A DNA stretch of 64,000 bases from Vicugna vicugna (Eukaryota), in contig MU058384.1 of the NCBI GenBank assembly GCA_013265495.1, positions 5,886,792-5,950,791 on the forward strand, in the 5' to 3' direction. Positions 25,551-39,773 of the stretch are shown here, piece after piece. A model generated the notes under the pieces. The model had not been told where the DNA came from. It ran no database searches and worked only from the letters and a program-made list of their open reading frames with translations. The position numbers were made by a program, and so were the translations under genes. Within the stretch, counting starts at the first letter, position 1, and each line of letters opens with the position of its first letter.

Positions 25551-25849
25551 CCAGCCTCTGTGGAAACCTAATGAACTCTGTTCTGCCATAATAATACCTT
25601 TCTCGTGACAAAATTTCCTCTGTCTTTTATTTTGGAAAGTTCTGAATGGAATGGAGGGTTTGCTTTTTTTATGTCAATCGCGTCCCTTTTGTCAGTCCAT
25701 CCTTGGCTCGGATGCATACATTTCACTAAGTGGGAAAATCAAAAATAACGGGAACCTGCAAATGTTATGCCTTTTCCAATTATTAGCTGACTTAATTAGG
25801 TTGATTTGTACCTTTCTAGAATTCTCCTTACTCAGACTGCAGCTTACAC

Positions 25850-26400
25850 CTTCCAGCTGAGGTGATTGGGAAAGGCTTCATGGAGGAGGTGGCATTTCAA
25901 TCAGACTTTGAAGGAAGGATAGGATTTTACAAACCTAAAATAGAGCCACAACCATGGGACTATTTCAGGCATAAGGAAAAGGTGCAGAGGCATAACTGTT
26001 GACCTAGAATAAGCACATTGGTTAGGGGAGACGTGGAAATAGATTTGGGAAGGAGGTAGAGTCGGATCATGGAAAGCTTTGAATGTTAGGCAAAGAAACA
26101 TGGAGAGATATTATGTTTTCATGAAGATTTGGCTTCTGTGTAGAATAGACTGAATTGGAAAGTGACCCTAAGACCTAATCAAAGACACTAATGAGGAAAC
26201 TACTATAGTAGCCAAGATAGGAGGCAATCTGGACCCACAGTAGAGTGGTGGAGGGCAGGGGCGATGGAAAGAAAGGAATAGATAAATAAAACTATTTTAA
26301 AAGCAGAATACCTTAGAGACTGAATGGCTGGATATAAGAGAGGAAACATCGATGATTCTAGGTGTCCAGTTCATGTGTGACAACAGAAACGGGGGCTCAT
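25850..26400 (-). mobile_element. LINE-2 fragment
   Basis: GGAAAGGCTTCATGGAGGAGGTGGCATTT..TTGAAGGA, GATCATGGAAAGCTTTGAATG. Confidence 0.6.
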
Positions 26401-27837
26401 AGGGAGAAGGTGTTAGTGTTGATTTTCCAAGCCAGCTGGAAAATGCCGTGAGGAGCAGAAAGTCCCTGTAACCCTAACTGCTATACTGATGTAATATAAA
26501 CATTTTATTTACTTTTTTTATCCATCCATTCTCCTATTGCCTGTTTAAAAAGCGTTCAGTGGGAGTTCTTATTCCCCTGTATGAAAATTTGGCAAGTCCT
26601 ATAACGTACGTGCTGATTCTTAGATAGCAGACAATTTTAAGTGTCATAGAGTCTCAATTCAGTAGTTAGAATATCCAACCCAAGATAGCGGTACAAATTC
26701 TGAACTGGACTGTGTGTTAAACCTCAGCTCCTCAGGTCAGACCTACTTGAGTGGAAATGGGGGCAGATACTTGGCTTCATCTCGGTCTCTCCTCCCTTTT
26801 TTCTCCTCCTCTAACACCTTAACCTTGCCAGTTTCTGACCCCCAGAAGTTGAAACGGGAAGGAGTGGGTCTGGAGACACGTGAGGGAAAGGAAAGATATT
26901 ACAGGAACAGAGCATCATGATAAACTGACCACATGCTCTGGACCTGGCAGATGTTTAGAGCAATCTTTCTGTGATGGGCACTGTCCCTTGTCCCAGACAC
27001 ATGCATCTCCACGTCAGGTGGTCACTTCAGGCTCTAGCTGTGGACTCAACTTACTGTTGGGCCCCTCTACCTCTCCAGGTGGTCTGCTGGGACTGGACCC
27101 GTGGCCACCTCATGCCTGTTCTCACTCTCCTGTGGGGACACACTCTGGGTATGTAGAACCCGGTGCAGTATCTCACTCTTGGCTCTGCCACAGGGAATGT
27201 TAACCTCTATGGCCTCAGGGGGAGCCAATCCTATCCCCCCAAAAGAACTAACTTCTGAAGCTCTCTGGGGAAACTCTGCTACCCATGTGATGGCAGGCTT
27301 CTCCCTTCCCCCTTGGGGTTGGGGTGGGATGGGGCTCACAGCTCAGTCCTGTACCACACACACTGTATTCTTCCAAAGATAGTCTTCACACAACAATCTC
27401 CTTTCTCTCCACACTTTCCTGTTCCCTTTTATAGTCTTTGATTTGGTTGAGGGATTCAAGGATCATGAAACTAATTTTTCCAGACCATTTTCTTTATAAA
27501 TGCTTCATAGGGGGCTCTGCTGTGAATCTTAACATCTGTTAGATTGTAGTGCCTCAGTGAAAACTTCTATTTGAACATTCTTTCACCTAAGACTAATCCT
27601 AGCGGTAATTATTTTTTACTGAATTTCTTTTATAAAGAATAAGTTGCCAGTGCTATAATTTTTATATCAAAATTTATATAAACAAAGGTATATATTTCAT
27701 AATCTAAATGATATTTATTTTTATAAACTATATAATTATAGGCTACATGTATTTCTAAACTAAATATATATATTTCACTCTCTACATTTTGCTGTCTTAG
27801 TGTAGGGAAAATTTCAAGACAGCTTTTATAGATTTGG

Positions 27838-28275
27838 TGTATTAGTTTCTAATTGCTGCTGTAACAAATTGCTGAGCAAACTTCATGGCTTAAAACAACA
27901 AAAATTTATTCTCTTACAGTTTGGGAGGTCAGACATTTGAAGCTGGTTGGTTTCACGGGGCTAAAATCAAGATGTCAGCGGGGCTGCATTCCTTCTGGCA
28001 GCTTTGGGGAGAATCCGTTTCCTTGCCATTGCCGGCTTATAAAGGCTGACACTGTTTTGGCTTGTGGTTCATTTCTATCTTCAGAGCCTGCAGTGGCAGT
28101 CCAGTCTTTCCCATGTGCGTCCCTCTGATACTGACCCTTCTACTCCCTCTTCCACATTTAACAACCCTTACGATTGCTCACCTGGGTGATCAAGGCTAAA
28201 GCCCCGTCTTAAAGTCCGCTGCAGCTGATTGGCAAGCTTTAATTCTATCCATACCCTTAATTCTCTTTTGGCGTG
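27838..28275 (-). mobile_element. MaLR LTR (MLT1)
   Basis: Begins TGTATTAGTTTCTAATTGCTGCTGTAACAAAT, the typical reverse MLT1 terminus. Confidence 0.75.
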
Positions 28276-29150
28276 TATATCAGAGAAGCAGAACCAGTAG
28301 GAGATAAATATTAAGAGATTTATTGCAAGGAGTTGGCTTATGTGATTGTGGGGCTGTGTAGGCAAATCTAAAATACACAGGCAGGCTGCCAGAAAGGGCA
28401 GCTGGAACTCAGGTAGAATGTCTTTTTATTCAAGGAAGCCTCAGCTCTGCTTTAAGATCTTTCAATTAATTGTCATCCAGATTATCCAGGACAGTTACCC
28501 TTACTTAAAGTCAACTTTAATTGATTAAGGACTTCTAATTTAGTAACTGGGGACTACAGCCTAGCCAAGTTGATGTGTCAAAAAGACCATTTCAGTCCAC
28601 TGTTTGTCCACTTGGCTCACATACATGCCTCCATAAACCACCCTTAATCTCCACATAAGGACGACAACAAAGTCAGACTTCCACCTGCCATTACACATCC
28701 TGCATACAACCAAAACACGCTAACCCTTCCTCGAGAAGGGGACTCAGTATCCTTGGACGATTTTCACTCTTCTCTTTGATATGCTTAAAAATGTGATAAA
28801 AAGTAATTGCCGTTAATATATCTTACCTTAGATGACAAAGGAATAAGAGAGGGAAGAAAACAAAAATAATTCCTTTAAACACATGCAAACGTATTTAACA
28901 GAACTAGGAAGAAATACTGTGACTAGTATAGCCCTATATTCCGTAGCTGGTTAGACGGTTGTAGCTGGCGTTTACAGCTACCTCCTCCCATTACCTGTTT
29001 CATCTTCCCCTCTCCCTCAGCAAGGCCCTCAGCTAGTCATGGTTCTTTAGCTGGTGAAGTGACCCAAGTCTTCATCCCTGAAGGGTCTGGGCCATTAGTA
29101 GTCCCGGCTGAACTAGACTTTTATGGCTTTCCAGGGATTTAATTACAGGA

Positions 29151-29686
29151 TGGGATGGTTAATTTTATGTGTCAACTTGACGAATCACAGTGTGCCAGTT
29201 ATTTGGTTAAACGTTATTTTTGGATGTGTTTGTGAGGGTGTTTCCAGATGAGATTAGCGTTTAAATCAGTAAAGTGGGTAAAGCAGATCAGCTTCCCCAA
29301 GGGGGGCGAGCACTGTCCAATCCGTTGAGGGCCTGAACAGAACAAAATAGGAGAAGAAGAGAGAACTCCATCTCTCTGCCTGACTGTTGAGTTGGGACGT
29401 AGGTCTTCTCCCACCCTTGAATTGGGACTTGCGCCATTGACTCCCCTGATCCTCAGGCCTTTGAACTTGGACTAGAACTTGAATCATTGGTTCTCCTGGT
29501 TCCAGGTCTTCAGACTCAGACTGCAGCTACACCCCTGGCCTTCCTGGGTCTCCAGCTTGCAGATGCAGATCATGGAACACTTTAGCCTCCATAATTGAAT
29601 AAGCCCATTTCTGATAATATATTATATATACATATATAATATATATATATATATTCCTTAACACTCTGTTTCTCTGCCCAGAAGTA
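29151..29686 (+). mobile_element. MLT2 (ERV-L) solo LTR
   Basis: Starts GATGGTTAATTTTATGTGTCAACTTGAC (MLT2 5' consensus) and ends with (TA)n and CTGTTTCTCTG. Confidence 0.8.
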
Positions 29687-30283
29687 CAGTTGACCCTTAT
29701 TATTGAGGGATTCTGAATTTGTGAATTCACTTATGCTAAAATGTATTTATAATCCTCAATACTTGCAGGCCTTGTGGTCATTGGCAGACATGAACAGAGC
29801 AAAGAAAAATTTGAACCACTTGCCGGTCATGTCTCTAAGTTAGGTTAGACAAAAGGCTCCACTCTGCCTTCTCATTTCCACTCTCATACAAGGATACCCA
29901 GCAGACAGAGCAGCAGGGCAGTGCAGTGTAGCGGAGGGAGTTCGAGCTCTGGGGCCAGCGGGACAGGGTTTGAATTCCAGCTTTGGCACCTGCTAGTGGG
30001 GTGGCCTAAGGCAAGTCACTGAACACTTCTGAACCTCATTTTCACTTTAAAAAAAAATGAAACTTTTTGAGATCGTTGTAGCATTTTTACTTTTGTGAAA
30101 TGAGGAAAATAGAATTTACCAGGCTGAGTTGTCTTAGGATTAAGATGTAAACTATGTGAGAAATATATGTATACGTGTGAAATATATACATATTTCTCCT
30201 AGAAGCAGTGGTTCAGTATTTACTAACTCAATGTTTGCGTCAGCTTTTAGAACACTGCTACCACAGATAAAGAGAATTGACTG
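29687..30283 (+). mobile_element. Tigger-family non-autonomous DNA transposon (MER82-like)
   Basis: TA target sites at 29685-29686 and 30284-30285. Imperfect terminal inverted repeats CAGTTGACCCTTATTATT / GATAAAGAGAATTGACTG. Confidence 0.65.
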
Positions 30284-30794
30284 TACTAACAGGTGCCCGA
30301 GGGTATCTCCTGTATATTCTTCTTTACTTTCATTGTATAGTAGAACTCAATTTCCCTTGTGAATCAGGGTAAATCACTCCAGCCACTACAATAACCCCTT
30401 CTTTGCTTGTGGCCAGATGTCAGTCTCAACTTCCAGTCCAGTGGGATCGTTGTTGTGTCTCCTGGTGGGATCCTTCCTCCCTTGGGAACTAGGACCCCTA
30501 GGCCCGCAGAGCCTAAGGCTGTGTGCATAGGTATCATCAGGGGTAACAGTGAGTGGAGCCATTCCCATTTCCACCCTTTGACTCCTGGACCTGTGAATCC
30601 TGGTTATGGGAAGCACAGCACGTATTGGACGCTGATTCAGAGCACATACAGCCTCTTGGAGGTCGCTGCCGCAACCCAGCCAGGTATTGCCACTTAGCCA
30701 GTGCCGTAAGTGTCTTCGAAAGGCCATTCCTCTATTCCATCAAACTAACCACGTCAGGCTGGTGGGGAGCATGGCAAGTCCAGTGATTCTGGCC

Positions 30795-31835
30795 ACTCTA
30801 TTGGTGTGTTGTAGTCCCTTGTTTTGATTTGCATTTCCCTAATGACATATAATGTGGAGCATCTTTTTATATGCTCAGTTGCCATCTGTGTATCTTCTTT
30901 TGTGAGGTGTCCATTAAGCCTTTGGCCCATTTCTTAATCATTTTTTAAAAATTGTTTTTGTGTATTTTGGGAACAATCCTTCATCAGATGTGTATTTTTC
31001 AAATATTTTCTCCTAGTCTGTGGCCTGTCTTTTTATTATCTTGACAGTGTATTTTGCAAGGCGAAGGTTTTAATTTTAATAAGATCCAGCTTATTAATTC
31101 TTCCTTTGTTGTTGTATCTAAAAAGTCATCGCCAAACTCAACGTCATCTAGATTTTTCCCTGTGTCATCTTCTAAGAGTTTATGGTTTTGCATTTTACAT
31201 ACAGGTCTATGATCCAGTTGAGTTAACTTTTGCGAATGGTGTATACAGGTCTATGATCCAGTTGAGTTAACTTTTGCGAATGGTGTAAGGTCTGTGCTTA
31301 GATTCCTTTTTTTTTCACATGTGGATGTCCAGTTGTTTCAGCACCATTGGTTGAAAAATTTATCTTTGCTCCATTGTATTGCCTTTACCTTTTTGTCAAA
31401 GATCACTTAACTATATTTTGTGAGTTTATTTCTGGGCTATTTATTCTGTTCCATTGATCTATTTCTTCTTTTGGCAAAACCATACTGCCTTGATTATGAT
31501 AGCTCTAACTTCATTGTTCTTCAATATTGTGTTGCCTGTTTTGCCTCTCCATATGAACTTCAGAATCAGTTTGTTGATATCCACAAAATAACTTGCTGGA
31601 ATTTTAACTGGGATTGCATTGAATCTAGAGACCATGTTGGGAAGAACTGACACCTTACAATATTGAGTTTTCCTATCTGTGAATGTGGACTGTCTCCCCA
31701 TTTATTTAGTTCTTCTTCGAATTCTTTCATCAGAGTTTTGTGGTTTTTCTCATATAGATCTTGTACATGTTTTGTTAGCTTTATACCTAAGTATTTCATT
31801 TTGGGGGTTGCTAATGTAAATGGTATTGGGTTCTA
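30795..31835 (-). mobile_element. LINE-1 ORF2 fragment (degenerate)
   Basis: Peptides KYLGIKLTKHVQDLYEKNHKTLMKE, RFNAIPVKIPASYFVDINKLILKFIW and KLLEDDTGKNLDD are typical L1 ORF2. Confidence 0.88.
31200..31287. repeat. Perfect 44-bp tandem duplication
   Basis: TACAGGTCTATGATCCAGTTGAGTTAACTTTTGCGAATGGTGTA at 31200-31243 and 31244-31287. Confidence 0.95.
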
Positions 31836-34800
31836 GTTCCTACTTGTTACTGCTGAGTGGTGGTAAAAGTCTTGATTCTCTAGTAGACCTCCTCTAACAT
31901 CACCTCAGCAGGGAAGTGGAGGGCGACCTCTTTACTGCCAGGTGGGAGAGGAAGTCCAGGCTCCTCACACGGTCCCCGCCAACACTGCAGGGCAGTTACG
32001 TCATATTGTTTCTTAGGTTCCAAGGTCTCTAGCTGGTTTGGAAGTCTATGGTTGCTTTATATAAAATGTCCAGAGCTTTTAGTTATACTTAATAGTCATA
32101 ACAGAGAAAAATACATCTATTTCATCTTTCTGGAAGCAGAAGTCCTAAGCAAAAGTTTTAAAATTTGATAACACTGAGTATTATCAAAGGTATGAAGAAA
32201 TTAGTACTGGGAGTACAAACTTTTTCAAAATTTGGTGACAGCAATTTGATAGTAGCCATACAAAAATTTGAACAAGATCAGCAATACTACTTGTAAGAAT
32301 CTATTCCTCACAAATACTAACAAGAATACATAAAGAATAGACTTATTTTAGCATTGTTTAATAATAGGGGACATAATTAGAAAAAAATCCATAAATAGAG
32401 GAATGGTTAATATGGTATCCATAAATGAAATTGTATGACTTTTTAAAAAGCAAGCTGAAAAATAAAATTTATAGTATGTTCTATACATAGCAAAACTGTT
32501 AAGTGAGGCTTCTCCATTGATTTGAGCAACTAAGGCTACAGGCTATGGGCAAAAGTTCATCAAGAAACCTGTTCTACAGTGACACTTCCAAGGAAGCACA
32601 AACATTTGTGGGCTGACATCTCTCTTAGGGCTAAAACAACTGGGCGAATTAGTTCTGTTGCCTCCAATCATTACCCCAGTACACCCACACCCCTTTCTCC
32701 AACCTCAAACATCATCTCATTGTTCCCTTACAGTCCTATAAACAGAAGACCCAGGGCTAGTGGTAGTGGAGGGGAAAGTCTTTGGAGTCAGATGCTGTTG
32801 GTTTATGTAGGATCTGTTTATTCTTCACTGACTTCCTTTGGAAAAAGGAAGAATGATGCTTACCCACCATCCCCACCCCCCCAAACACACACAAATCAAG
32901 TAAGGGAGAGAGGGTCAGGAAAATTCCTTGTAGACATTGAGGGTGCCTTAAAAACTATGAGACTGGCATCTTTTCCCCTGAAGGAATTTGGGGGATTTCA
33001 GCTTAAGCACTTCACTCACCAATCTGCCCATACACACACATGAACAGGGAAAACAGAACTGGAGACAGATGAGAGCTGACCACAGGGTGAGAGGACACCA
33101 GAGGCAAGCAGGCAGATGCTAAAAGGGTTGGGAAAGCTGGACATGAAGATGTAAAGACAAACTCCACTTTAAGGAACTGTGCAGAAGGGTGGCTTCACAG
33201 CATCCTCTCCCCTCCCAATATACCCCCTTCCAGGAAAGAGCCTGCAGAAGAACTTACTCTTGCATCCAAGTGAGAGGACATATTTGGACCCTTGCTACAG
33301 AGAGGGCAGTGAGGGCAAGTAAGAAGCAACAACCAATAGAGGACCACAGGGGTAGACAGTCAATAAAGAAACATCCTCTCTCATCCTGCCTTTCAACCTC
33401 ATCACCAGAGAAATAAGTTCTTAAATAGGTAGAGAAAGAGATAAGCCAGACACTCCCTTGACTCCAACCAAGAATTCCAATTCCAGGAATCTATCCAAAG
33501 TAATCATCTGAGAGATAATCAAAGATACAAGGATGTTTAATGTAGAATTATCATAGGAAAAATTGGAAAAAACTTATTAATAAATTATAGTTTATACATT
33601 AAATGAAAAATTGCCCAGTCTTTAAAAATTATGTTTCCAAAAAATTGTACGATATGGCAAAAAGCCTGCTTAATAAAATTAAATGATGAAGAGTAGAGTA
33701 TGAATTGTCTGTACAATATTAACCTAATTTTGTTATGTTTATCAACCTGTATCTCTGGAAGTAAACCTTTTCTTTCCAAATGTTTTAAAATAATCATAAA
33801 TTGTTTTTATTATCAGAAAAAAATTACTTAGGAGCAGTTTGTTTTAATTTGGCAACACCTACTTGGGGACCATCTGGTTTGGGGGTAGTAAAAGTCTTTT
33901 CCGTATGGCATACAAGGTGAAATGTTGTTTTTAAAGGTTCTTGGGGATGAAACGGAAAGGCAAAAATTTGGAAAGAAGGTTACTCCCTCCTTCAACATCT
34001 GCACAGTTATAATAATTTAAATTTTTTCATGTTTTCCTTCAGCCTTGCCCAAAAACAAACATTATTTTTTTTAAGTTGTATGTTGATCCAAAAGGGATCA
34101 ATGATATAAGCTAGCAGAGACGAGAGAAACTAACTCATGTGAACCCCTCATTCTCTTTCCCTGCTCGATGGTTAGACTCCCCCATGCAGGCAAGAGAGAA
34201 AAACAGTTCAATTTAAAATTCAGTCCAAGTAGTGATCTAGGTAATTGCTGACAGGGTGTAAAATGAGAAGCAATTTGGTAATACGTATGAAGAACCTAAA
34301 ACATGAGTCATGCTTTTGGCCCAGAATTCTACTTCTGGAAAATGCAGGCAAAGATCTAAAACGGATATCCTCTAAAGTGAAATACAATCTAACTACCCGA
34401 AAATCATGGAATGGTTAGCTAAACCGTGGACGGGATACATAAAATTTCATAAGACGTTAAATCTTTCAAAGGTTCAGTAGGACTTCAGAGAGTACCATGC
34501 CTTTGGGCCATCATCCTCTTTTCAGCCATATTTTGCTTACCCAGTCATTGGTAGAGATAAGCCCAGACCAGGGTTGGAATGGTAACTAAAAAGATGTGAA
34601 CATATAGTTTGTTTCTGAATTTTCTCTAAATATTATGTAACATGTGGAAAAGGAAATCATTCTAATAAGAGAGTCTTAGAAGAAATCTCACATTTTTTTC
34701 TTGGTTCTGATGGTCAGGGCCATTAGAGATTCTAAAACTGGTTATGGTACTGGCATTTTCTGGATTTTCTACATTTAGTTGAGACTGGTTGGGCATTTTC

Positions 34801-35867
34801 CTGGCCAAATACCAGCAGTCTGGCTCAAAGACCACATGAAGTGGTTTTCTAGAGTTATGACTTTGTAATTTAATGCTGAAAGGAACTTCAGAAACCTTGC
34901 TGGTGAAGAAATCAAGGCACAGAGAGATTAAATGATTACCTTCGGGTCAGAGCAACTTACTGATGGAACCCCTAAAGCTCAGTCCTGTCTACAAGCTTTT
35001 GAAAATATCACTTTAAAAATACCTTATTCTAGTCAATTAGAATGTTCCTGATAATGTGTTATTGAAAAAGACAGTGTAATTCAGTATCATATAATTTGTG
35101 AGTTGATTTATAAGATTCAAAAGAGAAGAAAAAAGCAAAAGATAGGTACTGGAGACAAAAAGCTTTGGGAAGTTCAAGTCTGAGGGAAAGGTGGGGAAGA
35201 AATAAAAAGTTAAGCTCATCTCTCATAGGGCATGGCTGACCCTTACGGTCCATCGTTCATAGTTTTGATGTTGATCTTCCAGTAGTGAAGATAAGTTTCT
35301 GATAATGCACCTGTCATATTCTGAAAATGCTTTCCTTTGGACCAAGAGAACATATTTGTAAAATGACTTCCTGTATCAGTGTGGCATAAAGATGGCCCAC
35401 CACATGTAGCCCGTCTCCAAATGGTCTGAGATCCAATTTTAGCTTTAGGAAAATAAAAGCCTCCAGGACAACCGCCTTGGAAGCAGAAAGGGCCGTTTAG
35501 AAATCACTTCCCCAGATATTTGTCCACTACTGGGAGGCTGGATAGTCTGGAGTAGAGGCCATGCTCCGTGTTGGGCTAGCTTCATGAATGACAGGCTGAG
35601 GTGTCTGCAGCACTAACTTAGAGTGTGGCAGAGGCAGCCAGTATATCCCGGTAGCCCATTCTTCTGGAAACTGGCACAGTAGGTGCTTTTTTAGAACACA
35701 AGACTGCCCTGCTCTTTCAGGTCCTTGCAGAGAAGAGATTCTGCAACTACTGGAGAGGAAGACCTAAGCTGGAAATCGAGAAGGTGTCATCCTATCAATT
35801 TTCAGTGTATAACACAGGATCTTGTATAAGTGGACCCTAAGTGATGATTCATGGGATGAAGTGAACT

Positions 35868-37835
35868 ATTCTATATCATCATTCTAAGATGCATTATTTT
35901 CACATGTCTAAAACTGAGCTGCATCTTAACATTGGTCTATTTGTTTGAATTTTCTATATTGTTGATATCATCCATGTTGGGCTTCGTTGCCATTGAAAAT
36001 GTCTTTACAAAGATTACACAGCATCAGGAAAAAAACGTTCTTTTGTTATATAAATAATAAATATAATTTTGTTATGCAGAGCAAGGCACAGAAATAGAGT
36101 GAACTAATATGTAGGAACAGAAGTATTTGTCATTGAAGGAATATCCACATTTCCATACTTTCTTACAAAGCCACATCCAAATGCTATATAGAACTTAAGA
36201 AAAGAAGTAAACCATAAGTAGATGACCCCGTTACATTTTGTTACTGAGATACAGGCAACAGATTGTCTGTCACATGCTGTATTAGTTTCCTGTGGCTGCT
36301 ATGACAAATGACCACAAATGGTCCTTTAGCACAATGGAAAATTATCCTTTCTCACTTGAAGGCCAGAAGTTCAACATCAGTTTCACTAGGTCAAAATCAA
36401 GGTGTAAATATGGTTCTGCTCCCTCTGGAGGTTCTATTATCTATTTCTTTCTATTTATTCTTATCTATTCCAACCCCTGGTGGTTGCATCACTCTAATCT
36501 CTACCTCTGTCTTCACATCACCTTTTCTCCTCTGTGTATCTAATCTCCCTCTCCTCTTTTCTTATAAAGACACTTGCAGTGGCACTAAGGGCCCACACAA
36601 ATAATCAAGGATAATCTCTCCATCTCAACATCCTTAACTTAAAATTGCATCTGCAAAGACTTGTTTTCAATTAGGGTAACAGTTTTCAGAGATTAGGATC
36701 TGATATCTTTGGGGTCACCATTTCAGCCCCTTACATATATGTTCAGCAAGACAAGTAGAGTCAGAAAAAACTCCAAATTTCTAAGAATAGGCAAAAGAAA
36801 GTTTTTTTTTTAAATTTTCTTTGTTCTTTATTCTTTATTTCTTTTCTTTATTCTTCCTTCTGACAAAATCAAGAAAGGGGAAGCACTGAAATTTGCAGAA
36901 TGAGTATCAGTGGTTTAGAAAAAAAATCACAGTAATAATAGAGGAGAACTCTTTCAATAATGCTTTTGGTAACCAAGAGGACAAAATTGGGTGGTTAATC
37001 ACTAGATATTGACAATTCAAAGTGGGAGATGATTCAGAAAGACTAGACTCTGAATAAGAAGAAGTTTTAGGAAAACCTTGATATGGAAAATTAATTGTAA
37101 AAATAGTCCCAAATCTCACCCTTCTCTGTATCCATGTTCAGTGCAATGTGACTGCAGCTTTCCCCATCAAGATGTAGAATCTGTTTCTCCATCCCTTGAA
37201 TCTAGGATGCTCTGTGAGTGGCATTAACCAATAAAATGCAGCTGAAGTGACATTATACAAGTTTTGAACTGAGGTCCAAGAAGCTTGTGAGTTTCTGTTC
37301 CCTTCCCAGTTGCCGTGAAAACAAGTACAAGCTGGCCTACTGGATGATGAGAGATAGGTCGCCCTGTTACCCTCATCATCTCAGCCAGGAGCCAGCCTGC
37401 CATCAGACTTGTGAGTGTGGCCATTGTTGACCAGCTAGCTCTCAGACAAATTGCCATCCAACCACAGTTACATAAGCAAGTTCAGCAAGAACAGAGGAGC
37501 CCTGTTCGGATCAGCAGAACTGTCCAACTGACAGCAATAACAAATTCTTACAGTGCAAAGCCATTGGAGTCTGGGGTAGTTTATTATATGACAAAAACTG
37601 ATATATAGTGAGTAGAAAAATCACAGATTTTAATGACAGTAAATAAATAATTTGGAATGAATTGGATTCTGAATATAAAACAGATTTTTGGATTAACTAA
37701 TTTAATTTGCCTATAATTTGCTTTTTTGTATCCTTCCTGGTGATAGAGGATAAAAAGTATACTTATAAGTAAGTCTAAAAGAGATCTTTAAATAAATATA
37801 AAATAAAAATTCTAATAGAAAAAGCTTCATGTCAT
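35868..37835. mobile_element. Possible Tc2/Kanga-type DNA transposon remnant interrupted by two MLT1 LTRs (~36278-36735 minus; ~37085-37610 plus)
   Basis: ATTCTAAGATGCA..TTTTCACAT..GCATCTTA terminus. MLT1 motifs TGTATTAGTTTCCTGTGGCTGCT and CCATCAAGATGTAGAATCT. The Kanga call is tentative; the MLT1 calls are firmer. Confidence 0.5.
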
Positions 37836-39773
37836 GCTTTTATTGTAAGTATTTCTTTCTTAGGGTTATAACCATCCTTCATTTGTTTTACCCTAGGGAG
37901 TCTCCTAGGTTTAAGGCAGGAGCTAATTTCAGTTTAATTAAACAGAAAAATTCTGTACTCAGCTTTCTGCCACTTGTCCACCATTTAACTTGCGGTGATT
38001 TACTTCCTCTCCCAGCATCTCAGTTGCCTTGTATGAAAAGCAAGCATGATAATATCTCCTGGTTACGGTTGTTTTGAAGATAAAATATGATAGTGTATAT
38101 GAATGAGCTCTGTATAATGCAAATGGATGAAGAAGATTAATAAAACTAAATCTACTCGGCTTAGTATTTTCCTAGATATTCCCAACAATAGCATTGGCGT
38201 ACAAGTGGTGGTGATTTTTCTCAATAAAATTATTCTTTTCCATAAAGCAGGTCATTGGTTATATGAATGCATGTTTTCTTGATGCTGGTATCTCTACCCT
38301 TCTCCTGCATCACAAATACAGTGCTACCTGTGAACATGATCTTTTCCCAAACACACGTTGCTCACCACTGGTGCAGCAGAATAAAACCAGGTGGCCCCTG
38401 TACGGGCACCTCAGCCCTGATTGCATTAGATTACATTTGTAGCAAACAGATCTGGGATTCTAGTCTCGCCCTGAGCCTCCTTCTCAAAAAACCTTCCCCA
38501 GCCATCAGCCAACCTGTCCACCCATCCCCAGCCAACCACAGCTGATGGGACAAAAGGCATACAACTGATCTGAGGAATTTCATCAGAGCCTCTTAGAACA
38601 AGCCTACTATAGTCCATATGAATATTACTTACTGTAAGAATTCCAATTAAGAGGTGCTGAGACTAAAATTTCAGATAGCGAAGTCTGCAACTGCATGTTC
38701 TTATAGAATTGGGATCATAGTCAGCAACCTAACAAACCAGTCCCATCTGAAACAGACAGTTCAGAGGGAGTAGAAAGTAAGTCAGTGCAGAGAATCGAAG
38801 GAGAAAACACAGAAGACTGGCAGAGAAAGCAGAGATAAGAGACCAGAGAGCCCCAGAGAGAGAGGAAGGGAGTTTTACTCCTGGCTTTCAGTTTCCCAAT
38901 AGATTTTCCCAACTGTTTATATTCTGCCTGGAGATGTCAGCCAGATTCCTTGGACTATCTTTACAATGCCTCATTCCCCTTTTTATTTGAGCCAATTTGA
39001 AGGGATTTTTGTTCCTTGTAACCAAATGGCCCTATTGGTTTAAAAAAATTCCCCTGGGTTTAGAGATGTCTTGGGTTTCTTTTTAGTCCTTGATGGGAAG
39101 AGAAAGAATGCTTGTTAAGGAAAAAAAAAAAAGATAGTGGAAGGAGCTATTGAACGGGTGACAGATGCCTGAAAATAAGAGATTAGAGGGCAACAGAAGA
39201 TTGTGGGATTCCCATAAAGTGCAAAAGAAGAAAAAAAATTCTAAAACGATTCATTAGTGAATAATCCCAGGAACCTAGCAGAAAAGTTTAGAGGTGACTG
39301 GACCTCAGTGATAAGAAGAATACTGAAGGGAGATACACATTGTTTTGAAAGACACTGTACTTAACATAGACCTTTTCTTGAGATACAGGGCTAAAGGGGG
39401 AATCCACGTGTAGAGAGGACCAATATTTCAGGTTAATTTCCCTTCAGCAGAATTGATGGTGATTTTTTTCATTAGAGATTTATTTTTATTATAGAATAAG
39501 TGTCTATTACTAAATTCTAAAATTAAAATTAGATTGTATATTTAAACCAGCCCCTGGTTATAGCAACGCAACATGAACTCACCTAGAAGACAGAGGTAGT
39601 TTTAAGAAACTTATTATTAAGCTTTGTACGCTCAGTCCTCTTCATTATTTACCATGTGCCTGTCATTGTGCTAGGGGCTGGGAAACCAAGGTGAACCAGC
39701 CAGACATGCTCCCTGCCCTCATGGAGCTACTGAAGATAAATATAAACTGAGTAAAGAAACAAAGGAATAATGA

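Larger units (their letters stand above)
28276..30790 (-). mobile_element. ERV-L provirus remnant (MLT2-type LTR ~28276-28590 plus internal sequence) with nested insertions
   Basis: Reverse MLT2 motif AGAGATTTATTGCAAGGAGTTGGCTTATGTGATTGTGG. ORF 30386-30727 gives an integrase C-terminal-like LQEAVCALNQRPI..RIHRSRSQRVEMGMAPLTVTP. Confidence 0.7.

Noticed and set aside
31200..31287. CRISPR-like or array-type repeat system (also considered 51403-51594)
   Set aside because: Only two-unit head-to-tail duplications without spacers, in mammalian DNA, with no associated enzyme genes.
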